Numbered from the stretch's first letter, positions 9,775-20,561 are shown. The stretch is 64,000 nucleotides of DNA from an uncultured Dehalococcoidia bacterium (GCA_913049785.1 CAJWXP010000006.1:5538-69537); one strand, 5' to 3'. The notes: a model not told the origin generated them from the letters alone. Numbers and translations: made by a program.

Positions 9775-10914
9775 TTAGCTGCGTGCTTCCATTGGTATGT
9801 ACTCCAGATCCATGGGCCCTTCATAGTACAGGAGCGGTCGGATAAGGATGTTGTTCTCATACTGCTCAAGGACTTGCAGCGTCCAGCCGGGGATGCGCCC
9901 CAGGGCAAAGATGGGGATGAACATGTCTTCCGGGATGCCCATGAGCTGGTAGATGGAGCCAGCAAAGAAGTCCACGTTCACGTGGATGCCCTTGGCCCTG
10001 TAAGGCGCCATCGCTTCAACCAGTGCATCAAGGATCTGAATCCACTTGGGCTGACCAAGCTTCTCGCCCAGAGCCTTTGATCGCTCGCGCAGATGCTGAG
10101 CTCGGGGGTCCTCCGCTCGATATACCCGGTGACCGAAGCCCATGATGCGCCCGTGGCCGTCCAGGACCCTCTTAGCGTAAGCCTTTGCCTCTGCCGGGTC
10201 GCCGATTTCCTCGGCCATCGCCATAACAGACTCAGCCGCACCGCCATGGAGGGGCCCTTTGAGCGTACCAATGCCGGTTACCACCGCTGCATGCAAATCT
10301 GCTAGCGTCGACGCTGTCACTCTGGAGGCGAAGGCAGATGCGTTTGCACCGTGCTCCGCGTGGAGGATGAAGTCGACATCCATCAACTTTGCCTCGTCGT
10401 CATCGGGCTCCTCGCCACGCATCATGTAGAGGAAGTTGGCGGAATGGCTCAGCGTGGCGCTGGGGGCGACCGGTTGCTTTCCCTGCCGGATCCGATGGTT
10501 GGCGCAGATGATAGTAGCAGTCTGGGATGTTAGTCGAAGACCCTTCCGAAGAACGGCCTCAGGGGAGTTGTCCTCAACCTCTGGGTCAAAGGAAGCCAAT
10601 GCAGAGACCGCCGTGCGGAGTACGTCCATGGGGTGTCCCGCTTTGGTGATCTCAATGATCTGATAGATCTCCTCAGGAATGGCTCTGGATGCCCTCAAAG
10701 TGGCATCCAACTCATCCAACTGAGGCTGGGTTGGCAGGCTTCCGTACAGGAGCAGGTACACCACCTCTTCAAAAGTGGACTTCTCTGCGAGGTCGTGGAT
10801 GTTGTATCCACGGTACAGCAGCTTTCCTTCGCCGCCGTCTATGAAGCTGGCCTGAGTCCTATCCAGATAGACATCCTTCAGGCCTCGCTTAAGCTCTACA
10901 TCCCGGGTAGACAT
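9775..10914 (-). CDS. citrate synthase (or 2-methylcitrate synthase) family
   Basis: LLYRGYNIHDL, LHAEHGANAS and GFGHRVY signatures in a 379-aa short-type enzyme. Confidence 0.9.
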   Translation of the reverse strand: MSTRDVELKRGLKDVYLDRTQASFIDGGEGKLLYRGYNIHDLAEKSTFEEVVYLLLYGSLPTQPQLDELDATLRASRAIPEEIYQIIEITKAGHPMDVLRTAVSALASFDPEVEDNSPEAVLRKGLRLTSQTATIICANHRIRQGKQPVAPSATLSHSANFLYMMRGEEPDDDEAKLMDVDFILHAEHGANASAFASRVTASTLADLHAAVVTGIGTLKGPLHGGAAESVMAMAEEIGDPAEAKAYAKRVLDGHGRIMGFGHRVYRAEDPRAQHLRERSKALGEKLGQPKWIQILDALVEAMAPYRAKGIHVNVDFFAGSIYQLMGIPEDMFIPIFALGRIPGWTLQVLEQYENNILIRPLLYYEGPMDLEYIPMEARS

Positions 10915-11260
10915 GGGTAATCACCTCCTGAACAGCAACAATTCTCATCATAGAGGGCCTGGAGTGATCCCCAAGCCCTCGCCTTTGGCAATCAGGCTCC
11001 ATCACCATAGATTTGCCAATGTGCTTCGTCGTTCCAACTCTCGCCGGTGTAAGGCCTCACAACGCAAAATAACGTACAACATTGTAGGTTGGGATGCCTC
11101 TGAAGTGCCCATTATCCTAGCACTCGCCTAGCTAAAGTGTCAACGAAGGTATCGCTACGAAACTCCCTAGCTGAACACGTCCGGCGTCGTGATACAATTG
11201 GAAAGGCCGCAGGCCTATCCTCTTCCAAACCCAACCGTATATTTAATAGGAACAAAAGTC

Positions 11261-12709
11261 ATGCAGCATAGCCAAGCCCATACACCAAACATATCTTCAG
11301 CGCACTCACGCTCCTTCTGGGGTTTGCTCGCTGCGTTGCTGGCTATCCTGGTGCTGGCATCCGCATGTTCCCTGATTGAACGGGAGACGAACACCGTTGC
11401 GTCTCAAGATGCCATCGTTGCAGAGGCGGCGGAGCTTGAGCCCGGCGATGTACCGGTGAAAGCCCTGGCCGCGTTACATGACACGTGGACCATCTTGAAA
11501 AACGAATTCGTCTTGCGTGACGAGTTGGACGCTGCCGTCCTGGCTGATGGCGCTGTGAAGTCTCTGATCCTGGCGACTGGCATCCCTGAGCTTCGAAATC
11601 GCTCTTCCTTTCCAGAGACTTCTCTTGAGCGCCCGGACGAGGTGCCCAAGGAGTTGGAGCCCATCTGGGACGCCTGGGCCGGAGTTTTCCAGGAGTACAA
11701 CACCATCGAAGCACCGTTGGACCCCATCGATCTATCCCAGGCGATAATCCGTGGTCTGATTGACGCGCTGGATGACCCTCACACTGCATACATCTCACCA
11801 GAGCGATACGCCCTGGAAGAGTTGGACTTCACTGGCGAATATCAGGGCATAGGGTCAGAGGTCCATAACCAGCGAGGCAGGTTCATCCTCAGCCCGATGC
11901 CCAACAGCCCGGCAGAACAGGCCGGCATCCGCCCTGGCGACCTGCTCATGGCCGTCGATGGCGTCAGCGTTGAAGGATGGTCGATCCTGGAAGTGGTCCA
12001 GACGATACGAGGAGCCAGGGACACTGAAGTAGTGCTGGGCATCATTCACCTTGGGCAGGAACAGGTTGTGGATATCACCATCAAACGTGGAGACATTGAC
12101 CTGACAAGCGTGTTCTGGAACATGACCTCAGATGGGTTTGCCTACCTCAACTTGAGAGCCTTCAATAGCAACAGTGATGAATCGCTCATTGAGACGATTG
12201 CTGAGATCAACAAGCAGGGTGCACGCGGCATTATCCTGGATATCCGGAACAACCCCGGCGGCTTGCTAACAACAGTAGTCACCATCGCCAGTCAGTTCCT
12301 GGACGGTGGAGTGGTTGTGTATGAAATAGATGGTGAAGGGAACCGCAAAGACTGGGATGTGGAGAGCAACGGTGTAGCCCAGGACATCCCCCTGGTGGTG
12401 CTGGTCAACCAGTTCTCCGCCAGCGCCAGCGAGGTGCTGTCTGGAGCCCTTCAAGATCGTGACCGAGCGTTGATTGTAGGGAATACCACCTTTGGGAAGG
12501 GGAGCGTCAATCGACTCAAACCCCTTTCCGATGGAGGCGGTCTCTATTACACGTATGGGCGATGGTATACGCCGGAGGGTCGACTCATTGAAGGGCTTGG
12601 CCTTGAGCCGGACGTGGTAGTGCCACAAGGCATCCAGATCCAAGGTGACCCACAACTGGAGAAAGCGATAGAGCTCCTGGAAGAGGCCGTTTCAGCATTG
12701 GAACGTTAG
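11261..12709 (+). CDS. S41 family C-terminal processing peptidase with PDZ domain
   Basis: A signal/lipobox-like LVLASAC, a PDZ segment (SPAEQAGIRPGDLLMAVDG), and ILDIRNNPGG plus SASASE around the catalytic Ser are present. ATG at 11261 is preferred over the GTG at 11189. Confidence 0.85.
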   Translation: MQHSQAHTPNISSAHSRSFWGLLAALLAILVLASACSLIERETNTVASQDAIVAEAAELEPGDVPVKALAALHDTWTILKNEFVLRDELDAAVLADGAVKSLILATGIPELRNRSSFPETSLERPDEVPKELEPIWDAWAGVFQEYNTIEAPLDPIDLSQAIIRGLIDALDDPHTAYISPERYALEELDFTGEYQGIGSEVHNQRGRFILSPMPNSPAEQAGIRPGDLLMAVDGVSVEGWSILEVVQTIRGARDTEVVLGIIHLGQEQVVDITIKRGDIDLTSVFWNMTSDGFAYLNLRAFNSNSDESLIETIAEINKQGARGIILDIRNNPGGLLTTVVTIASQFLDGGVVVYEIDGEGNRKDWDVESNGVAQDIPLVVLVNQFSASASEVLSGALQDRDRALIVGNTTFGKGSVNRLKPLSDGGGLYYTYGRWYTPEGRLIEGLGLEPDVVVPQGIQIQGDPQLEKAIELLEEAVSALER

Positions 12710-12733
12710 CCCCCGATGGATAGTTGAATAGTC

Positions 12734-13237
12734 ATGGCGACAAAAACAAGCCGAAAGGCGTCCAAGTCCAAAGATGCTCCCGCAAAAAAGGCTGGCCCAA
12801 TTGCGGTAAACCGTCGTGCAACCTACGACTACGAGATTATTGAGACCGTTGAGGCAGGCTTGGTCCTCACCGGCACAGAGATCAAGTCTATCCGCAACGG
12901 TAAAGTCGATTTGCGCGGCGCGTACGCGAGGGAACTCAAGCGTGAACTATGGTTGGAAGGTATGCACCTGGCCATCTATGAGCAGGGGAACACCAACAAC
13001 CACGAGCCTAAGCGCTCACGGAAACTCCTGCTCCACCGAAAGCAGGCTGACGACTGGGGCGCGCAGTTGACCCAAAAGGGACTGACTGTTCTGCCGCTAC
13101 GGTTGTATATCAAGGGTAGAGTCGCCAAGGTACTCCTGGGGCTCGCCAAGGGTAAACGGCGTTACGATAAGAAGGACAACCTGATTGCCCGTGAAGCGGA
13201 CCGTGACATCCGCCGAGAACTCAAGGGTGGCAGATAA
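12734..13237 (+). CDS. smpB: SsrA-binding protein
   Basis: NRRATYDYEI..EAGLVLTGTEIKS..R.RKLLLH are present, and the gene lies directly upstream of tmRNA. Confidence 0.95.
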   Translation: MATKTSRKASKSKDAPAKKAGPIAVNRRATYDYEIIETVEAGLVLTGTEIKSIRNGKVDLRGAYARELKRELWLEGMHLAIYEQGNTNNHEPKRSRKLLLHRKQADDWGAQLTQKGLTVLPLRLYIKGRVAKVLLGLAKGKRRYDKKDNLIAREADRDIRRELKGGR

Positions 13238-13276
13238 CCACTCATCGCACGGTTGGTTAATTCGAGACGTTATGTC

Positions 13277-13305
13277 TAGTTTCTAAGTCAACGCAATGCT
13301 ATACT
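13277..13305 (+). promoter_or_regulatory. candidate ssrA promoter
   Basis: TATACT at 13300-13305 lies 10 nt upstream of the mature tmRNA 5' end. There is a weak -35 (TAGTTT) 17 nt upstream. Confidence 0.4.
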
Positions 13306-13315
13306 GGTTCCATAT

Positions 13316-13668
13316 GGGGACGCGTGGTTTCGACAGGGGGTAGCAGAGCGGGATTGCAGGCCGAGGTCCGCCCTCCTCGTTAAACAGGCGGAACAAAAGT
13401 AACTGGCGAGCGCGAATACGCTCTGGCTGCCTAAAAAGGCAGCCCGTCTGGCCTCTTCTTCCCTGAAGGGGAGCTCCGGGCGCAACTAAATCAGGGTGCG
13501 ACCTAAGCAGACGCCGATAAGCGACGGTCAAAGACTTAATCCGGCTGGCCAAACTAGACCCTGTCACTGGGGGATAGTGCGGTAAGAACCAAATCAGTGA
13601 CTACGCCTGGAGTATATCCCCTTGAGCGCTCTTTGGACGGGGAGTTCGACTCTCCCCCGTCTCCACCA
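13316..13668 (+). ncRNA. ssrA: tmRNA (SsrA)
   Basis: The 5' end is GGGGACGCGTGGTTTCGACAGGGG. The 3' T-arm GGGGAGTTCGACTCTCCCC is followed by an acceptor stem ending CCACCA at 13668. The tag ORF (13405-13434) reads GEREYALAA then a stop. Confidence 0.9.
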
Positions 13669-13884
13669 GAGAGACAGATTGGCTGAGCCCTCGGACGAAT
13701 TGTCCGGGGGCTCAGCCTCTTTCAGGAGCAGCATTCATCGCCGTGGCCCTTTGGAATAATCGTCTCGACTCGGCCCACGGCTTGGTCAATTACTATTTTG
13801 TCGAAAACCAGCTTCAACAATTGCTGCCGCTCGTCGAAGTTCATTGATTCTAGTCTTTGTGTCACACGCGCACAGAAAGCCTCC
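13663..13884 (+). repeat. direct repeat copy A (tmRNA CCA end + terminator + recombinase 3' tail)
   Basis: A gapless hand alignment to 31119-31340 gives about 18 mismatches in 222 positions. Confidence 0.85.
13681..13717 (+). terminator. intrinsic terminator after tmRNA
   Basis: GGCTGAGCCCTCGGAC / GTCCGGGGGCTCAGCC form a hairpin with one wobble, followed by TCTTTC. Confidence 0.7.
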
Positions 13885-14360
13885 ACTTGCTCCAAGCCTT
13901 GGTTCATATCAAATTCTCGCTGCTCTCGCTTTTCTAATTCCCTTTAGCTCCATTCCAATCCTGATCGTTGCCTCTTCTGTTTTTCCATTTCCGCTTGGTA
14001 GCGATCCAAATCCATCACACTGCCAACGTATGCTTCTGTCACCCTGTCCTCTTGGCTTTTCGCTCGCCGTAGTGCCACCTCAATTTGCTTACGCTCCGCA
14101 CCAATCCCGCTCGGCGAAGCAGTCGCCTCAACAACGCGTCTGTACTCACGCTTCAACATGTCCGGATGGCTCAATGCTTCGGTCACTGACTTCCACACCA
14201 AGTCTTCGACGAGCTGTGTTGGAAAGCCACCAGGTGTGCAGCGTTCCTTTGTGGCGAACGAGCCTGTATTAGCACCGATGCATCGGTATCCCCTGTAGTC
14301 ATGCCGTGCATACCCGGTGTAGTTCCCTCCGCATCGTGGACACCGCACCAATCCTCGCAA
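13722..14360 (-). pseudogene. large serine recombinase, 5'-truncated with in-frame TAA
   Basis: The zinc-ribbon segment (CPRCGGNYTG..YRGYRC) and the coiled-coil tail (..QQLLKLVFDKIVID..VETIIP) are present. The two track ORFs (13944-14360 and 13722-13907) share a frame and are separated by a TAA at 13944-13946. The resolvase catalytic domain is absent. Confidence 0.7.
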
Positions 14361-14620
14361 CAGGTACTGATGCCTTTTTTAGCGAGGATGAGGGCGAGAG
14401 TTGGGAGTCGGTGCTCGCCAGAGAGAACTTTCCGTGGACGTATTCTCGGGGGATCTGTACTTCACCGGCGAACGGGAAAACTGTCTTTGTTACGGTCGGA
14501 GACACTATCCCAGGCAATGACGGAGCTGTTATGCGTTCAGACGACACTGGTATGACGTGGGAGCGTGTAACTCTCCCAGACCAGCCCAACTCCGCTATGT
14601 GGGTCGTGAATCTCCAGTCG
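14354..14620 (+). pseudogene. BNR/Asp-box repeat protein fragment
   Basis: Two Asp-boxes are present: SEDEGESW (from 14381) and SDDTGMTW (14537-14560). Only about 90 codons survive, and the fragment abuts the truncated recombinase head-on. Confidence 0.5.
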
Positions 14621-14899
14621 CGTCACCGAAGTGCTACTCCCGCTTCATCAAGGAGGTTGTCTATCTCACGTTGAATCCGCTCACTCGGCATTCCCCACCC
14701 CAGAACCCACCCCTAGCTCCACAGACTCCATAGGTGGGTCGCTGCGACAGTATCTGTCTAGGTAGAGGAAGCGTCAAGGCAGGCTGTGGTAGTCAAGGGT
14801 GTCGAACCTAGCTCGATATTTGGATTCCCTTGGTTCAGTAGGTCAGATCGACCCGCCTGATGGAGTGTGAGGGTAAAGACCATCGGGTCTCTGGAACGT

Positions 14900-16135
14900 T
14901 TAGCCAGTGGCAAAGCGCGGGGTGCTGCCGCTCTGACCACTTCGCACGAACGCCGTGAGCACGGCGGAAAGCAAAAAGAATACAGCTGCCACGTAAAAAG
15001 CGCTCTCAGTACCTGTTTCCCGTGCGATAAATCCTGCGGCAACCGGGGTGCCTGTTCCCAATACAAGACCAACGAGGAACGCTGCTGCTGCTGCCGTACT
15101 CTGAAGGTCACCAGGAGCATTATCCATAACCAGAGCGTTGAATAGCGTGGCAAGACTGAACATAAAGAGACCGATGGCCACCACTGTGATGAGCAGACCG
15201 ACAGTACTTCCCTGCTGGGCCAACACGAATGCGAGAATCGATAGCAGGAGCATTGACGGAAGGATAACTACCTTCCTGCTCGTCCGGTCAGAGAGGTAGC
15301 CCAGGATTGGTTGGGTAACCAGGCTCATGCCCACAAGCAAACCGGAAAGCACTCCAACGACACTTGAGCTGATGTCCAGATCATTTAGCGCGTAGAGGGG
15401 AAGAAAGGTGATCAGCACTACTTGACCTGCGGAGCGCATGCCCCCTGCCAGCAATGCTATCAACAGAGGGCGATGCCTGGCTGCGGCCTTGAGCGCTTGG
15501 GAATAATCGCTTAGGGAGCGGTGGCCGCTTTCGCTTCCAGTTGCCACCCCACGCATTAGCAACACAAAGAGAACTGCGATTCCCAGAGCAGGAAGTAGAC
15601 TAATCCTGAATATGTCCTGCCAGGAGAGCACCAGTAGCAACGCCCCCACTGTGATGGGGCCGGTCAGATCACCAACGCCCGCTCCCACCCCATGGATGGC
15701 CATGGCAAAACCTTTCCTCTCTGGGAAACGAGTCGTCAGCAAGCCTAATGCTGGAGGATGCCACAGCGAGGAAGCAACTCCTAAGACTCCAGCTGCCATA
15801 GCCACCATGCCAAAGTTCGGGGCTAACCCAATTAAGAAGAAGGACACCCCAAACCAAACCAAACTCAGGGTCATGAATGCCTTGCGCCTGTTGGCGAATC
15901 GATCCGCGAAAACGCCCATTGGAACGTTGGCTATTGCTCCTGTAACTGAGCGAACTCCCATGATCACGCCCGCCGACAGCGGCCCCAGCCCGAGGCTTGC
16001 TACAACCTCTGCCAAGAGTACCGGGAATGCCTGCCCAAACCAGTGCACCATGGCGTGCCCGAATGAAAGGCTTGCTAAAAGCGAGATGCTCTTTGCGCTG
16101 GTCATGCTGTCTTGCTGAGTAACAGTTGGATCCAA
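14900..16135 (-). CDS. MFS transporter
   Basis: 411-aa polytopic membrane protein containing GVFADRFANRRK (an MFS loop motif). Confidence 0.85.
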   Translation of the reverse strand: MDPTVTQQDSMTSAKSISLLASLSFGHAMVHWFGQAFPVLLAEVVASLGLGPLSAGVIMGVRSVTGAIANVPMGVFADRFANRRKAFMTLSLVWFGVSFFLIGLAPNFGMVAMAAGVLGVASSLWHPPALGLLTTRFPERKGFAMAIHGVGAGVGDLTGPITVGALLLVLSWQDIFRISLLPALGIAVLFVLLMRGVATGSESGHRSLSDYSQALKAAARHRPLLIALLAGGMRSAGQVVLITFLPLYALNDLDISSSVVGVLSGLLVGMSLVTQPILGYLSDRTSRKVVILPSMLLLSILAFVLAQQGSTVGLLITVVAIGLFMFSLATLFNALVMDNAPGDLQSTAAAAAFLVGLVLGTGTPVAAGFIARETGTESAFYVAAVFFLLSAVLTAFVRSGQSGSTPRFATG

Positions 16136-16346
16136 GGAAATCTCCCTTACTTGATCCCAGGTGCGATTCTGGCCGTAGTCACGAGAAAGAAGTGTCCACC
16201 TTTAGGCAGGTATCATCTTCGGCCATCGATGGCAATATTTGCAAGCTGGCCTAACTCCATCTTTGTCGCGCATCCTGTGACTCCCGTCGTTGACACGCAT
16301 ACTGTCGGGTCTACAATGGCGGCATTCAATACACAGGAGGGAGGTT

Positions 16347-16636
16347 ATGGCTGTTGCATTCGTCCTTCAGTTCGACAATATGGGTCAAGATAATTATGCC
16401 GCGGTCATGATGGAACCGGGCCTTGATAACCCGGGGCTACCTGGCCTGAAGGAATCCTAAGCCATACGGCAGGTAAATCAGCAGATGGTTGGTGGGTAGT
16501 TGATATCTGGGAATCAGAGGTGGCAATCGGGGAGTTCAGCAAGACAACTCTTGGAACAGCGTTCACCAAAGTCGGAGGCATTTCCGAGTCAACGGTAACG
16601 ACCTTTCAGGTATACAACCAGCATCCTGCGGGGTAG
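16347..16636 (+). pseudogene. small alpha+beta protein, frameshifted
   Basis: AGGAGGGAGG precedes the ATG at 16347. MAVAFVLQFDNMGQDNYAAVM... stops after 37 codons, and the reading continues in another frame as ..WPEGILSHTAGKSADGWWVVDIWESE..FQVYNQHPAG to a stop at 16634-16636. Confidence 0.4.
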
Positions 16637-17330
16637 ACGACCAGCCTCAGCTTGTTGCTAAGAGGACAAGGCTGCTGGACAGAATCAGACTGATGCCCGT
16701 GGCGCAGGCAACTCTTAACGCTTTGACCAGCCTGTTGGTCATTCGCCCAGAGAGGTGAGCGAGGGTTGGAGCGTTCATTATCTTTCTCCTTGTCCAGCAA
16801 GTATTCCTTGCCTCTCTTCCATTATTACTCGCAGTTTCAGTCAATGAATCGCCCGGACGGATGAACAAGGAATGATTCAGTTTGCCTTAAAGAATGTTAT
16901 TACGGTGGTCTTGCCCTAAAATCGAAGTAGCCGTAGACTCCGGCGATGATGTATCAACCAGCGCCATATCTCCTCCCTATGCCTGATGGACGTCTCATGG
17001 ACACGCGCTACCGCTTCAAGAGGGGCGACCGCGTGTTGGTCATGCAGGGCCACACAAGGGCAGGAGTGCCACGGTGGACAGCAGGGACGGCCAGATGAAA
17101 GGTGAACACGGCCTGGTGTCGGTTTCGACCTACAACGTGATGCTTGGAGAGAATCGCTTGGCGCAGGTTCAGTGGGACTGGGTGCAGAAGGACTATGACG
17201 GTTCACCGTAGTTGCTAGCTCCATAAATTGAGCCCAACCCTGAGCCCCACCCCCTCCTTCTTAGATACCAGGACATTCTCGAAACAGAATATCCGCTGAG
17301 GCCCAAACGAAATAAGGGAAAGGTATAGAA

Positions 17331-17594
17331 ATGGAGTTGTTTTGGCGAGAGCACAAGTTAGGGTTGCAACTCATACTGTCCAGCGATGATCGCGAGGACG
17401 TGGTGGGAATGATCCGTAGGACACCACAAGGGTACGACGCGGCAGCCCAGGCCCTGGGCTACTTCCCAGGTCGTGCCGAGAAAGGGATCGGCTCCTTGGA
17501 AGAGGCCAAAACATTTGTTGAGTCATTCCGCCCCTGGGAGCAGTTCAACGGCCCTAGTGACCAGTCCGTCGAATCGGAAGTCCACTCCCTTTAA
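17331..17594 (+). CDS. hypothetical protein
   Basis: 87-aa ORF in a gene-poor stretch with no recognisable motif. Confidence 0.3.
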   Translation: MELFWREHKLGLQLILSSDDREDVVGMIRRTPQGYDAAAQALGYFPGRAEKGIGSLEEAKTFVESFRPWEQFNGPSDQSVESEVHSL

Positions 17595-18212
17595 GATATC
17601 GATGAACGTCATTTTCAAGCATCCCTTCGCTCTCCTGCCCCTTCACTCAGTAGTGCAAGTGAAGACTAACGATCATCGTTGAGGCTCCAAGGAGAGAATC
17701 CTCAACAGGAGCTGTGCTGAACTTTTGCTCATCTGCTTCCACTCCAAACATCCTATCGGAAGGAGATGAACACCGCCTAAACGACGCATGGCAGGCCCTG
17801 AGGGTCATATAAACATGATCAACATTTAAGGGACTCAGTTGCTAAATCGTACGAAGTATTAGCGCTTTGATCTGTCAGAAAACCGAATCTGGACCACGGT
17901 AATCCACAAAGCATCGGAATGGTCTTTGAGTTCACTTGGTCCATTAACTAAGGAACCCAATCTAGACCTCACCGAATTGATAAGTATCAGTCTTTTGGGA
18001 ATGTATACATGAGAGAAGAAATGCGGATTGGAGTTTGGATATTCTTGAGTGTGTAACTTGACAGATATGTCGCACTTCTAGCCACCCAGAACGACTTCCA
18101 GCCGCGCAGGATCGATCGGCAGTCGTGTGATGGTTGTAGTCATGATCAAGCTCCTCTAATTGGATGGGAGGGTTTGTTTGCCCCTCAAAACCCCATCTTT
18201 TCCCATGCGTTA

Positions 18213-18495
18213 TCATTTGGAGAGATGTTGGTGCAGACCGGTTTGCTTCGTTGGCTCCGCTTTCCATTCGGCTACTTTGCCCAGAGTGGCTGCAATACTT
18301 GGGTTTTCTCTGTGCGCCTCAAACGCCTGCTCCTCTCGATACACTTCATACAGCCTGAACCTGTTTGAATCGTCCGTGACTTGGAACACATCGAATCGGA
18401 CGCACCCTGGTGTTCTTGGCGTGTACCAGCAGCGCCTGAAGGTACTTTTCAGCGTGTTGTGGCTTGGCGTGGATGTCCGCCAGGATGATGTACAT
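18213..18495 (-). pseudogene. ABM (antibiotic-biosynthesis-monooxygenase-like) domain protein, frameshifted
   Basis: GGAGGAGAG precedes the ATG at 18495. MYIILADIHAKPQHAEKYLQALLVHAKNT is followed by a frame change near 18401-18413 into GCVRFDVFQVTDDSNRFRLYEVYREEQAFEAHRENP. The length of 283 nt is not a multiple of 3. Confidence 0.6.
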
Positions 18496-18528
18496 CTCTC
18501 CTCCTTGCCAGCAGGACGACCAAGATGA

Positions 18529-19716
18529 TTATTCCCCTTTGTACTCCAGGATATAGAGTCCTGCATTGGTATCGGTCAGGTACATGAGGCCGTTGCTGGT
18601 TACAAAGACATCCGCCGACTGAATCACCTGTAGACGACCCGGCCTGGGATCCACCATCCGTTCCGGAGCAGGTGGGACGTAATACGCGACTTCCCTGGGG
18701 TGAAACGGGTCAGCGATGTTGAAGACCCTCACACCTGCGTTCTGGTATGTGGCAAAGACAATCTCTGAACTCTGGAACGACCCGGGGCGGTTCTCATGGG
18801 CGTTATGGGGCCCAAACCGCCCACCCTTCTTACAGTAGTCGTCCTCGTTCGGTATGGGCATCGTTGCGATATTGACTGGGTTGGAGGGCTCTCGGACATC
18901 CACTACCCACGTGTATTTGACCTGGTCGGCGCACTCATCACCCATAGCCTCATCAAGAACGATGCAGAGGCCTCTATCCAGCAGTGGAACGGCTGTGTGA
19001 GTGCCACCACCGAACGGCGGGCTCCAGTTCCGATGCGCCAGGAGGCTTGGCGAAGTGGGATCGCTGACATCGAGCAATGTCAGTCCACCGTCACGCCAGG
19101 ATGCAAAGGCGATGCCATCTGCAACTATTGCATGATGGAGCGCGAAACGGCGGTTTCCTTCCCAGCTAGGCTCTTCGCCGCCAGCGTTCCACATCCCCGG
19201 GAGCCACCATCGCGACACCTCTGCTGGACGTGTTGGGTCGGACACGTCGACTACGATCAAAATCGTATCGGTATATCCATCCACGTTGGCAGACACGTAC
19301 GCATACTGCCCGCCCACGTACCATATCCGGTGGATACCTGTCCCTTCAACCGGCATGAACCCTATCTCCTTTGGCTGAGCAGGTTGGGAGATATCGAAAA
19401 TGCGAAGTCCGGCAGCAAAGTTGCCCGATTCGCGGGCCTCGCTCGGCTTCAGTGGGTCCAATCCGTTGACCACCAGGAGAAGGTTCTCGTGAGTCTGCAG
19501 ATGCAGACAGCGGGTGTTCTCCGGCGCAGGAATAAAAGCCGCGTGCTTCGGGTTTTTCGGGTCCCTGACGTCCAGGACCGTGAAGCCTCCGCTGAAGTTA
19601 TGCCCTATGTATGCGTAGCCGCGGTGAACCATGACCTGCACGCCGTCAGAGCGGCCCCCCTGGTCTGAGTGTGCTACAAAGTTGATGCCACGACTTGCGT
19701 TGGCCACGGTCTCCAC
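18529..19716 (-). CDS. LVIVD-repeat beta-propeller protein
   Basis: The motifs G(F/L)xV(L/F)D(V/I)xDPxxP recur five or more times: TVLDVRDPKNP, RIFDISQPAQP, IVVDVSDPTRP, TLLDVSDPTSP and RVFNIADPFHP. The start is uncertain, either GTG at 19716 or at 19707. The track ORF start overlaps the upstream gene. Confidence 0.75.
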   Translation of the reverse strand: METVANASRGINFVAHSDQGGRSDGVQVMVHRGYAYIGHNFSGGFTVLDVRDPKNPKHAAFIPAPENTRCLHLQTHENLLLVVNGLDPLKPSEARESGNFAAGLRIFDISQPAQPKEIGFMPVEGTGIHRIWYVGGQYAYVSANVDGYTDTILIVVDVSDPTRPAEVSRWWLPGMWNAGGEEPSWEGNRRFALHHAIVADGIAFASWRDGGLTLLDVSDPTSPSLLAHRNWSPPFGGGTHTAVPLLDRGLCIVLDEAMGDECADQVKYTWVVDVREPSNPVNIATMPIPNEDDYCKKGGRFGPHNAHENRPGSFQSSEIVFATYQNAGVRVFNIADPFHPREVAYYVPPAPERMVDPRPGRLQVIQSADVFVTSNGLMYLTDTNAGLYILEYKGE

Positions 19717-19736
19717 CTTTCTGCCGGAAGGCCTGC

Positions 19737-20561
19737 TCAGATAGCAGCAAATTTGAACAGACCTAAAGCCGTGCCACCGAATGCCCACTCTTTGTCTTCT
19801 TCACTGCGGAACGGTATGTACTCCATAGGGAAGTGCAGTGCGTTATGGTATCCCTCGCGTTCTGCAACGGGTGGAAAGTCACTGCCCCACACCATCCGTT
19901 TGGCGCCGAACGATTCGAACGCCATCTCAGTCAATGGCGGAAACCCCTCGAAGGGGAAGGGTTGTTTCATTGGGCGCGGACGTGGCGCGATTTCGCCTAA
20001 CCCGTGGAATTTGATGTAGGTGTTGGGGTGTTGAGAGAGACCCAGCATCTGCTTGTAGGTCATATAGGGCGCTTCCGCTGTTTTCCCAACCGAGCCTAGG
20101 TGTTCGATGATAATGGGCAGATCAGGGAACTGCCGCACCAGGTCATGGAACTCCTCTGATGCCAACTCTTCGGTTGTGCCACTACCACAGCTCACCACCA
20201 GCCCCAGCTCCTCAGCCTTCCGCCATACGGCGAGGGGGTCCGAGCCCGGAGACCGCGCCCCGGGAGCCAGACGGATCCCTTCTGCCCCCTGCTTGGCCCA
20301 GTCTTCAAGCACGTTGAGCGCATGATCTTGGTCCGTATCGACGAGGACAACGACGGAGAACCTTCCGGGGAACCGTTTGGCGCACTCAAGTAGGTATGAA
20401 TTGTCGTACTGGCCACGCATCTGAATGAGAGTAGCCTTCGCCACACCGTTCCGATCCATCTGCCCCAACAACGTCTCTATCGGCTCAAACCAATACGGTG
20501 AGGCGTGACAGTGGGTGTCCACGATCTCCATCTCGTTCAGGTCCCTCCCCTCGAATGACAC
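19737..20561 (-). CDS. amidohydrolase-2 family hydrolase/decarboxylase (ACMSD/LigI-like)
   Basis: IVDTHCH at the N-terminus, IIIEHLG and WGSDFP are present, in a 274-aa protein. Confidence 0.8.
   Translation of the reverse strand: MSFEGRDLNEMEIVDTHCHASPYWFEPIETLLGQMDRNGVAKATLIQMRGQYDNSYLLECAKRFPGRFSVVVLVDTDQDHALNVLEDWAKQGAEGIRLAPGARSPGSDPLAVWRKAEELGLVVSCGSGTTEELASEEFHDLVRQFPDLPIIIEHLGSVGKTAEAPYMTYKQMLGLSQHPNTYIKFHGLGEIAPRPRPMKQPFPFEGFPPLTEMAFESFGAKRMVWGSDFPPVAEREGYHNALHFPMEYIPFRSEEDKEWAFGGTALGLFKFAAI

Noticed and set aside
16916-17224. Small ORFs on both strands (for example MDTRYRFKRGDRVLV.. on the plus strand, continuing in another frame to ..LAQVQWDWVQKDYDGSP*)
   Set aside because: It may be one more frameshifted small gene, but I cannot assign a family, and the two halves are joined only by my guess.
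18796-19668. 290-aa plus-strand ORF, with similar long antisense ORFs at 5879-6595, 21658-22377, 55760-56428, 58010-58741, 40009-40548 and 28488-28967
   Set aside because: Each lies antisense to a gene with clear family motifs and has an Arg/Pro/Gly-rich composition. These are typical shadow ORFs of GC-rich coding DNA.
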